Shown in pieces: positions 1 through 25,500 of a DNA stretch of 64,000 bases (position 1 is the stretch's first letter; every line of letters starts with the position of its first letter). The notes beneath the pieces were generated by a model. That model did not search any database. It was given only the letters and a program-made list of their open reading frames with translations, and was not told the DNA's origin. A program made the position numbers and the translations under genes. This DNA comes from Callorhinchus milii (taxonomy: Eukaryota): positions 248,001 to 312,000 of the forward strand of contig NW_024704767.1 of NCBI RefSeq assembly GCF_018977255.1. Reading direction: 5' to 3'.

Positions 1-344
1 ACACAGATCATGGACTCGGTCATTTTTTTCCCTCAAGTCTGAGACCTCAATTAAGCAAAAACTCAAAATCGACACAATATATTCACAATCTCTACTGGTT
101 GCACATCATAACAACAATTCCCCATTTTCCCCAACAGATAAAATACTGTGTGGAACACTATGGACCCATATCCAAATGTCATTTCTTTTCATATCCAGTT
201 CCATAAATGCACTGTCTACTCATGGACTAAAGGCAGTGAGATCCATTTTACTGACAGAAACTAACTTTTATGTTTAGTATGACAGCAATACTGCAGTGTT
301 TACTACAGGGAGTTATTTGCTGGCATAGCAATTTGCTGGCCTAC

Positions 345-14329
<13,985 letters not shown>

Positions 14330-16590
14330 GTTCGAACGCTGTCCCCTCCACCACCACCACCACCACCACCCCCCCGCACCCGCACCCCCTCCTCTCCTCT
14401 CCTTGGCAGCCTCGGTCGGATCTTTCGTCTAAAGAGGGAGTGAGTGAGTGAGTGAGGGAGGGAGGGAGTGAGGGAGGGAGGGGGTGAGGAATGGGGCGAG
14501 AGGGTGTGTTTCGGGAAGCCCAAGTCTTATGAAGGCTCTTCCTCCCGCACAGGCTGTCAGCCGTCTCTAAGGCCGCAGCCCCCCCCCCCGCACCCCCCGT
14601 CAAAAACCCGGGAAGGACGGCCTGGATCTCACTCTCTCCTGCGGTTTAATGACACTCCACAAAACAACCCGAGTCCGGTCGGTCAGTCAGTCAGTCAGTC
14701 GGTCGGTCAGGTCTTTCTCTCCCTAAATCGTCGGCTCTGTGAGAGAAAACAACCAGCCTCCCGCGACGGACAACCCCCTCCTCTTCCGCCGCCTCTGCGT
14801 GTCACACACTAACTCGCCCCCCCCTCCTCCTCCCGAACCCGCGTGACTGACGCTGTGCAGGAGGAGGGAGGGAGGGAAGGAGGAAGGGAAGCATTTCCGG
14901 GCGGACACTTCCGGTTGCCGCGCGTTTTTTTTTGTGGGGTGAGAAGCTCTCGACGAAGGAGCGTCGCGCTGTCTGTCGCCACCGGGGGTCAAGCGATTAA
15001 ATACCCACCGCCACCCCCCCCCCACAAAAAAAAATTAATCCGATCGTCATCGTCTCCGCCGTTGAGAATTACGACATTCGCCAAAGAACGAAAATTGTTT
15101 CTTCCCACCACCACCCGAAAAAAGAAAAAAAAAACCTGCTTAAAAGTCGTCGTCGTCGTCGGACCCCCCCCCCCACACACCACCCCACCCGCCCGTCGTT
15201 ATTGGGAGCGAGGGAAGCCCGTTAGAGCCACGCACTCCCGAGGCATTCAGCTATCGTTCATTGGGAGCCGAGCATTTTTATTATCTCTTCCCCTCCCTCT
15301 CTCCCTCTCACCCCCTCCCTCCCTCCCTCCCTCCCTCTCCCCGGCCCCTTCCTCCCTCTCCCCGGCCCCTTCCTCCCACCCTAAATCGCTTTATAAAGTA
15401 TGGAACTGCTGCCATGGGGAGTGAGAGTGAGGTACGTGCCTCCAGCCTGCTTTAGTGAATGCAGTTTTTTTTTCTCTCTCTCTCTCAAAAGAATCGAGTC
15501 CCTTACGCTTTGAAGTGAACAATATAAAGCACTCGGGCTGAATACGTTAAGTGCTGTCGAAAATCTAAGCTTTTTTTTCTCCTCCTCTTGACAGTAGATG
15601 AATTACGTTCGGACTCTCTCTCTCTCTCTCTCGCGCGCGCTTATTGTCTGCTGATAAGTCAGCGCAACAAATTGCACTGAGGCAGTCAAGTCGGGAGGCT
15701 GTTCCGTGGCAATTTCTACGGCACACATGGGTGAAGTTAGCCAACTGAGTCCGGTGGAGAGGTTCCATCCAGATAATTAGAGGAATTCAGAGGCAGAGAG
15801 AGAGAGAGAGAGACACACACACACACCGCAACTGATATCCAGATCCCTTTAGTTTGGGTCAATTGGTGGGAGTCGCCTCGGTGAGTCCTTCAACCCACAA
15901 ATTGGGACTTGGCACTCACGTAGTCCAGGCTGACACTCCAGTGCGGCGCTGGGGCTGTTGCTGGCGGTGACCGGTGAATGCACCAGGGAAGGTTGACTCC
16001 CATCAACCATAAGTCTCGCATTTGATATGGTGCCTCAAAAGCGCTTAACAGAATATATTGTATAAGAAGCGGATTGACTCTATTTTGGGGGGCGATTAGG
16101 ACATCGCATTGCAGCCACCTCAGTGTTCAGGAGAAAGCAGCTTCCCGCCCCCCCCCCCCCAGGAATAGTGAACTGTTTTGAGATTTTTAATTAATTTCAA
16201 CGTAACGCGGACCCACACGACGTCCAATCCGTTCACTTCACAGTGTATAATATACGAATGCCTCCGAGACGTCTATTAAAATGCGATGACGCTGCCGCTA
16301 ACGGTCTTGACCAGTAACGCGACGCCCGGCTTCGCCTCCTTCACCAAGATGGCCGCCCGACCACGCGTCGCCCGCCCAGCGCCGCCGTCCCTGTCCCCTC
16401 GCGAGACTTGCTGGGTGCGCCGTCAAAGGGAAGTGCCGCGCGCCCTGGGTTGTGAGCGGGAGGCCCCGTGGCGAGGACGGAGCTCGAGCGCTTATTCCGT
16501 TAGCGGCGCGGACCGGACCCGGACCCGACCGAACCGATTTCTCCCCCTTCCCCGCCCGCCCCCTCACCCTCTCCCCCCGTTTGACTGCAA

Positions 16591-19500
16591 ATGGCCGAGC
16601 TCAGCGACGAGCAGCAACAGGTGGAAGCCGTTGAAAACCTTAAAGGGGAAGGAAACGAGGCTCACTTGAAAATGTAATGAAACCCGACCTTTGTGTTTTA
16701 ATGTGTGTGTGTGTGTGGTGTGTATGTGTGTGTGAGGGGGTGGGGGAGGGGGAGAGAGGAAATGTCCCTCTCCTGTGCCGTTGCGTAATGTGCGCGAGGG
16801 TGGCCTGTGGCGGTAGGCCGCAGCTGAGGGAGGGAGGGAGGGAGAGAGGCCTTTCTTTCTCTCTCTCTCTCTCTCCCCCCTCTCTCTCCCCGCGCCTGGA
16901 GAGGGTTCGCCTCGCTCCTCACTCGTCGCATTTTTAAATTCCTCCACGTGTGTAGAAATCACTTGGTTGCCGTGTTTGGATTGCGCCTTCTTCAGCCGCC
17001 GCCTCCTCCTCCTCCTCCCCCACACACCCGCCCGCCAACCCTAATTGAGCGGCTTCAACTGCCAATATTTCTCCCCCCCCCCCCCCACCCCACCCCGCTC
17101 CGTACCCCCCATTTTCTTCCCCACATCAAAATGGTAGGTTGAAATTTCGTCGGTGTGTGGGGTTGGGATTTGTTGTTTTCAGTCGGTCGACCGCCCCTCC
17201 TCCTCCTCCTTCTCCTTATGATGCAATTTCTGACTATCCTTGGGAGGTAACAAGAAGATACAAAGGCTCTTGGGGGCTCCTCCGGCCCTTTGTGAATTCT
17301 CCGGGAAGGTCCCTTTGTTTTCCCGCCGGGCCCTCAAACATCGCCTGACGGCCATTTAAGCGAGGAAGCCCGGACAGGAGATGGCCGCTTTTTTCTTTCG
17401 ACCGTTTCAAAAGGCTTTGCTCGCGAGTTTCTGGTGGTGGTGTGTGTGTGTGTGTTTTTTTTGAAGTGGAAGTGAAACGTTTGCTTTGCCCCGGAGTTCG
17501 GGCGCACACACTGCACTGCACTGCTTGGAGCGAAGCTTTCCCTTATTACGCTGCACACACACACACACCCCCCGATTGAGATCATCTCGGTTTGGGTACT
17601 ACAATTCCAACCAGACTGCGCTTGGGGGGGGGGGGGGCCCTGGTAAAGGAAACTAAGATGGGATTTCCAACCCTGATTATTCATCGACACCCTCCCCGAA
17701 GGAAAGTGCACTTCATGTGGATGTTAGATGAGGGCTTCAGCGATTATGAGCTCCGTGATGAAATGGCCCGTTGATAAGTGTTCGGTCTTGCACGTGAAAA
17801 TGGCCTCTCGTGTGAGTTACAGCATCAAGACCTTCAAGTTTGGAGTGGTGAATACAAGACCGATGGGTCTTGTGTGTTGATTTATGGCTCGGGGCTTATA
17901 AATATATTTAAATCTCAGCTATTGCATGGTTATTGTAACAGGTGCAACGTTTTGTGGATTGCAATGAGGAAAGCCAGTCTATGAAGCTAGTATGGAAAAT
18001 GTTTCGTTATTAGCATATTGTGACATCTAAAGGAAATTGCATAAATAGTTTACAATAAAAATGTAAAACTGGAAAAGAAACGGAAATAGGGTTATAGTAT
18101 TGCATGGTGATCTGAATGGCTTCATTTTGCTGAAGCTCGATTCTGTATACCCATTGTGTCTGATGTGAGTTTCTTAATGAATTGCTAGTTTTTGATCATG
18201 TTTGTATTTGTAATCATACTGTTTTAATATTCAAGCAATGTTATGTGGTGTTAAGTTGCAAAGCTGCAATTAATTCAGACGAATGCTGGGAAGATTGAAT
18301 AGTTTGTTGGTAAAGTTTAGGATTAAGGTGTAGTCATTTCCTTTATGTGCATTTAAATTGCTAAATCCTTCATTTTTTTTTAAAAAAAGTACTTGATTGT
18401 ATGATTGAGACTGATTGGAAAAGATTTATGGATTCGAAGTCATTATATTTAAGTGGACATCTAATTTGTCTTTGTTTGCCAAAGTAAAGTCAATCTACAT
18501 TTATGAGCAAAATGTGTCTGCTTGGGTGTATGGGAGAAGGAATTGCAATGACGTTTTCTCAGTCGATTTAATGTACTACTAAATTGTCTAATTTTCCATC
18601 TGAGCTTCATAGACAAACTTGAGCAAATGCTTGAGCTGTTACTGCAATACAAAGGAGGGAATACATTTTATAGTGATATTAAATATTAATAGTGAAGTAG
18701 AAAATACTGCTGAATTTTTCTGCTAGATGTTGTACGTTTATGCACTTTATTTTCTCCTCATTGCCAGTTTGCCTTGGATTGTTGGAGGGGGGGTAAATTT
18801 TGCTTATATGACTAAAGATACTGATTGATCTGTTTGCATTTTTAGCAAATTCTATTTTTTTGTTTGATTCCAACATTTCTGTCTTCATTTTGGTAACATT
18901 GCTGTATAGTATAAAGTGCTTTGCATCATTTAGTAGTGTGCCATTTAAAATTGTGATTTGTGAAAAAATTGCATAAATAATGTGCTGGAGTTAGATAACT
19001 CGGCTTTATTCTGAGAATCTTCTGTTTTGTGAGTTTTGTGGCAATCTATTTTGCTTCATGAGAGTTTTGGGGTGAATGATTAGTAGCATCTGAAGGCTAA
19101 TTAATGTATTTTTCTTTAATGTATAGTGAAGAGGATGAGTCTTCAAAAGAGGAGACTTCAAGTCTGAAGGAAAAGTCCATAGGAATCAAGAAATCTAATA
19201 GATTTCATCCATACTCAAAAGAAAAGACTGCGAATGGAGACAAGAAGGGCTATAATCGTAACCGAGTTTTTATTAGCAACATTCCGTATGACATGAAGTG
19301 GCAAGCAATTAAAGACCTTATGCGAGAAAAAGGTAACCTGATGAAAGCAGCCTTTAACTGCTTTCCAGATATCTAAAATTCAAATTCTTGTAGTTTTTGT
19401 CATTTTCAAAACAAAAAAATTTGGTCACTGGTAAGCAAACGTAAACCCAGAATTTCTAATGAAACGCAAAAATTGAAAAGCTTGATAGAATTGAAAAGGC

Positions 19501-22500
19501 AAAAAACAAATGGTTCCTTCTATACAGCAACTTTTTTTAAAATGCAGTCTGATGACTACACTCTTCAAACTTGTAACTGAGCTTTAAAATGTATATTTAT
19601 GTTGTCCTACATGAAATGAGTAGATGGCAAAACAAGTTCTGTTAGCTTGTTTGAAATTTTGGCAATATTTTGTGCTAAAAGAATTACAGTATTTGTTCAA
19701 CTCTGCATACAAACAATTGTTATCCTGTGAGGGAAGGAGAAACACCATGAACACCATGTCCCTTTAAAAAGTTTCATACCATGAATAATGTTTGGGAGAT
19801 ATAGATGTGCTCTTTCTGCTGGTAGAAATATTCTCTTGGATGGACTCAAATTATGTGGGCGTAGCTGCAACATCTGATTGACACCAACTGCCCTTGAATT
19901 TCTAATAGTATTGGATATGCTTAACATGGGTTAACCCCTGCTGCATGAATAACCTGTCATATAGTGTTAGATACTTTTCTCCAGTATTATCACAAGACCC
20001 AGGTAGGATATTATTTCTCTGGTCTTACTAGTTAAGGAAAACACGCCACTTATTATCCAGTAAACCTCAACACATAAAGGAACAGATGATCTTTCACTCA
20101 TTGATGGTGTTACATAAATTTCAAATGGTGTGTCCATTTTTAGTGGTGGAGCACTGGCATTATCCAATATCTACAATTAGAAAGCTTTCAAATACAAATA
20201 GGACTGGTTGCTAGTTTTGTCCACTGTTTTAAAACAGATATTCCAGCCAACTAGTTGCATACTGATGTTGCTGTGCTGGTCATTTTAGCACACTGCTTTG
20301 AGATCAGTGGTCTAGGTTAAGATGGAATTTTAAACTGTAGGCTAATTCATTACCCCAGGCAATTGTCTTTACCAAATTCATGTCGTTTTTTTAAGCCTGG
20401 TTTATTTCAAGTTTACTTTATAAACTCTGTTCTTAAGATATATGGACCAATCATCCCCGTTCTTTCCTGGCTCCATTGGCTCCCCATCCCTCAGAGAATC
20501 GAGTAAAACCGTCATTCTCACCTTCAAAGCACTCCACGGTCTTGCTCCCCATACCTCTCCAACTTCCTAACCCCATATCAGCTTGTCTGCTGACTCCACC
20601 TGGTGGACACCGGCCCGATTCAGGTCCCCTGCACTTCCTTCCCCACCATTGGTGGTCGGGCATTCAATATCTCTGTCCCCGCACTCTTGAACTCTATCCC
20701 GTAATCCCTCCGCCTCACTCCCTCTCTTGCCTCCTTCAAGTCCCATTTAAAGACATTCCTCTTTGATCGCCCCTTTGGCCACCCTCCCACCCCTACACCC
20801 CCTGCCCGCCATTCCTCCTGACCCCAACTCCCAGCTTGAGTCCAAAACCCCCTGACTGTCCAGTGCCCTGAGATGTCTTTCCGACATGAAGGGCACTACA
20901 CAAGTGTCATTTGTTGTATAATTAACATTGATATGAAGCCCAAATTTAATGCTGAAAGGGTTTTGTGCTCCAAATCACTTACTGATAACTAAAACTTGGA
21001 CTTGTTTCTAACCAAAATCAGTGAGCTTCATTCTTGGTGGAAAACAACGGATGTGGTCTTATCTTATCTGAAAGATATACATTTTGAATCATTTATCTCA
21101 TAAATTACCGTGCCAAAGTCATTGTTGAAAAAGGTCACTTTGACAACCACAGACATTTAACCTTCTTTGCATGTAAACTTATTTCCCATTTCGATGTATT
21201 TCATTCCTATAGGTGCAATACATTTCTACACCTATTTCTAAACTATTTTTATTGAAGTAGGCATTTTATATCTGCTGCTGTTCCAACACCTCAAACACAT
21301 TTTATCTCTTTTTTGGCACTTTTATGAGACACTTTACACTAATGCAGAGACACGTGCTTGTGTGAGAGCCATCTACCAAGAGCATTATGTATGGTTTTAA
21401 ATATTGATCTGACTTGATGGAATGATTCAAGCTGATCATACTTCAGTTCTTTGGACCATATCTGCAGAAATTGCATTCCCTGGTTATAGATCAATTGTGT
21501 GTGGATTTCACCAACAACAAAATTACATTTGTATAGCATCTTTCATATCGGGAGGACAAGTGAGAAAGTAAGTTGAGGTTAGCAATCATGGTTGTAATCT
21601 TTTGTTTAGTATAATTTAGCTTCATGTGCAAAACCTTCCTCTCCTAATCCTTCACTTCTTTCTGACCTAATGCATTTTGCAATCATTTCATTAACTGCAC
21701 GTCCTTATTCAACACTTGACATTACTGCTTCCAGAACAACAGTTGAAAATGTACCACACATTGAGGTGTTTCGTACAGCTCTTGGGAAGAACACTTGATA
21801 AAAGCCTGATACATTGTCCTTAAAAGGATGTCCTGGTGTTTTCAATAACAAAATTACATTTGTATAGCGCCTTTCACATTGGGAGGACGTCCCAAGGCAC
21901 TGGACAATCAATATTTTCCCCTAGACAATCAGTATTTTCCCTTGAAAAATGAAAGGGATTTGTATGTGGAGTTGAACTGTGCCCCAGGATTGAAGATTAC
22001 ACCTATGGTAGGTAATTGTAAGTTCAGAAAACAACCGAATAATGCAGCTATGCAGGGAAATCATATATGATTCCAAGTGTTTCATAAATTTTCTTGGAAC
22101 ACATAATTGTTATTTATGAACATAGAATTGAAACTTCAGACATATTTTCAAAATCCTTTCAATGTAATGTATGATATTGCATACAAATAGGTAAATAATG
22201 ACCAAAATAGATTTGAGACTGACAAATGTAGTGCTTGATGTAGGCATTCATGAGCCAGTATAAAAATAATCTAATGGTCTTCCTAATAAGGATTTGTTCT
22301 GTTTTTGCAGCCAATTGAATAATGGCGGGTTTTGTTCAGGCCTTTGGATAGATGATGATGGAAGTGGTATCTCATCCTTGTGCATTGTAATTTTGCAATT
22401 CCAAAATGTATAGAGTTAAAAAAAATTCTAATGGATCAAATGGCTTTGTAAGGTTTTATTGTTTAAGGAAATTGTTTTTAGAAGAGAAATTGCTGACCCT

Positions 22501-25500
22501 TTTCAAGTTATAGAAAACTGAAAGTTTTTCCTTCGTCGCTTTTTTAAGTAAGTTGGACTTTGGTTCCAAGTACAGTTTTTTTTCTGACTGTTATTTCACA
22601 ATTGCCAATCAACGAGTTTAAAATGATTTTGTATTAAGCTCAATACTTGTTACTTTTGTTTCCTGCATCTGTTGTAAGGTGACTCAAAGTTTAATTGTGA
22701 AGCTCAATGTCTTGGATTTGGATTTAGATTTTTATGCCATGATCTGGCAGAATTATTGCTTTTGTGTGTTGTGCCATAAGCATTTTCATTGCTGTGTTAT
22801 GTATTTGTGACTACACATTTAGGGGTGTAATCTTGGTCACCTTAAAACAGTGTACAGTATTTTGATTGCCACACAGTTGGCATAGATGGAAAATATGATT
22901 TGATTTAGTAATGTCGGATTGTTAACCGGTAGTAAACAATGTTTTATTTGTTCACCAACTATATCATACAGGCCAAATTTGATAACTAGCTGCTATATGA
23001 TGGTAAATGTTGTCTGGATCTGATTTGGATGATACAAGTGACAAATCTTTGGAACAATGTTGATTTTTGACTTTTTTAAAAATTGTATTGTAATTTTATT
23101 AGGAGGTGTACTGGTCTGGTGTTGATTGTTGGTGAATAATGGTTTGTTCCTCTGTAGAGTTATAATCCTTGCATTTGGTTGTGTAAGGGACATCAGTGAA
23201 GTAAGTGTGTGGTCTTTTAAATGCATTGTTTTTGGTATCTCCCCTCTGTATATCATGTAGTTGGTGAGGTAACATACGTGGAACTCTTTAAGGATGCTGA
23301 AGGAAAGTCAAGGGTAAGTGGGACAATTCTGCTTGGGGGTTCATAAGGTCCTCAGCAGTTTTATTTTTTACTTATTGTTTTGCACAGGTAACAATTAAGG
23401 TGTTTGTTAGCTAGGTTGCTTTTGTATTCATTGCCAACTCTGCAGTAGGCTGGAGTTTGGTTGTGTTGTCTGGTATTAAGAAAGGGTTAACTGCAGTTTG
23501 AGTGGATATTTCCAAGTTCTTGTTTGGACTGGTGTTACTGTAAACAAGTTGTAACTATTGTATTGCTTGCTTTCATGGAAAAGTAACTGTAAAATACAGG
23601 AGGTAGCTGCATCAAGGGCTTGTTATATGCAAAAATGTCCATATTTACGTGAACTTTATTGTTCCATGCTGTAGTAATATTTAGACTTGAAGCTTGTGAA
23701 ATAACTGTGTTCTGTTTTATTTTCTTCCCCTCCATTGGCTGTCATCTGTGGCTTTAGGGATGTGGGTAAGTAACTCTTTGTCATTTTAGTGTCACATATA
23801 AATTATTAACATTGCAGCTTACTTGTAATGTGTGAATTAGGCTTTAGAACGGAATTGAATAAGATGCTCCCAAATGTTTCTGGAATATTCTGAAACACTG
23901 CAGATGACAATAATTGTCTTGATATTTTACAATAATTAAATTAAGGATTCCTAATTACAGTGCATTCACAAGGATTGATTTGTATATAACAGCATTTTTG
24001 TTGAAATAAGTTTAATGTAGCGTGTGGGAGGGGTGCTCTGTAGTACAGTGTTCAAAGTCAATGGGGGAGAATAAACTTGTATTTTATTTTCATCGGCTCA
24101 TATCCAATTCATTGGTTCGTGGGGGGAGGGCACTCGATTCTAATCTATTTGTCATTGATAATTTGTGAGAGTAATTCAGGTTTAAAGTTGTGTTTAAATT
24201 ATGTCGCATTCTCTCTTTAAAACCTTTTTCAGTGTTGTGGAATTCAAAACTGAAGACTTTGTCAACAAAGCTATGGATATTATGAATAAGTTTGATCTTA
24301 GTGGAAGACCACTTACCATAAAGGAGGTGGGTAGTGATTGATTTATCTGTCCCTTAATAAAGGGAAGCTTCTGGAATTGCACTTTGTACAGATTAGTTAT
24401 TGTATTAGTTCCTAGCACAAATCCCTCAAACATTCAAAGCTGCTACTTTCTGATTGCACAGTTGCATTTACTGTTTTGGAACATCCCTTGCAGTCTTACC
24501 ATTAAGTTATATTGTACTGTTGGTCAAGTACCTGAGAAGGTAGCTTTTCCCAGTATCTTGGCTTCTTTAGGCACAGGACTGGGCATAAACAATTTTTAAT
24601 CACTTGTGTGTTGCCTGGTATATAAAATCACCTCTGACTTTCAGCTTCATGTTTGGTTTAGAAATTATTTGGTGATTGTGATGATATCTGATTAATTGAT
24701 TGCCATGGTTAACAACACCTTGCAATTATTCAGAGCCCTCCATGTTGAAATGTTTCAGAGCACTTATGCCCCCTCCCCTCTTTTGAAGGTGTTGACTCGT
24801 GCTAAGGTGAAGCTACATCAATGATTACAGGTGACATGACAGTTGAGACTGGTTCTCACCTGATATGCAACATATCCACTTTGGGTAAAGATCACTTGAA
24901 AACCGGGCCCTCGTTTGCTAAGGTGTTTCCCTGAAACAAAAGAGCCCATTGTAGTGCACCACTGCCACCTCAGGTGTTATCAGTTAACAGCACAAGTGAG
25001 ATTGGATCTCGCTTAGCTTTGTAGACTGTTGTATACAGGGAGCTGGATTACTCTAAAATTGATATGTTAAGTCTCAAAATTGAACCAGAATAATTAAACT
25101 ATGTGCAATCTTTTCATTGTAGCTTTTGATTAAGAACATTTTTATATTGTAGGATCCTGATGGAGAACATGCACGCAGGGCTATGCAACGTGGTTCATAC
25201 CCTGGTGTTCTGGGGCTAGATATGGGTTCTCCAATTGTCAATTTGCCACCAAATATAGTCAATAACCCAAATATCCCATCGGAGGTCATCACTGCTCTAC
25301 AAGGTGGCAGACTTGGGACAACCGTGTTTGTTGCCAATGTAAGTCTTTTCTCCCCTCCCCCCTTTCTGCTTGTTTTTTTTTCCATCAAAAAATTGAAAGA
25401 AAATTGTGTTATTCTGTGAAACTCTTATTTCAGCTGGACTTCAAAGTTGGTTGGAAGAAGCTGAAAGAGGTTTTCTGCATGGCTGGAGTAGTAAAGCGTG

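Noticed and set aside
14330-16590. CTXN2, expected next to MYEF2 from mammalian synteny
   Set aside because: No cortexin-like ORF (single transmembrane segment followed by LLDPYSSMP) seen here or elsewhere in the ORF track.
21510-21942. Recurring ~50-bp motif (aacaaattacatttgtatagcgcctttcac..gggaggacgtccc) and a 21-bp duplication, superficially array-like
   Set aside because: Dispersed L2/SINE 3' tails also present at about 26565, 36600, 40735 and 58645; no regular repeat-spacer periodicity, so not CRISPR-like.
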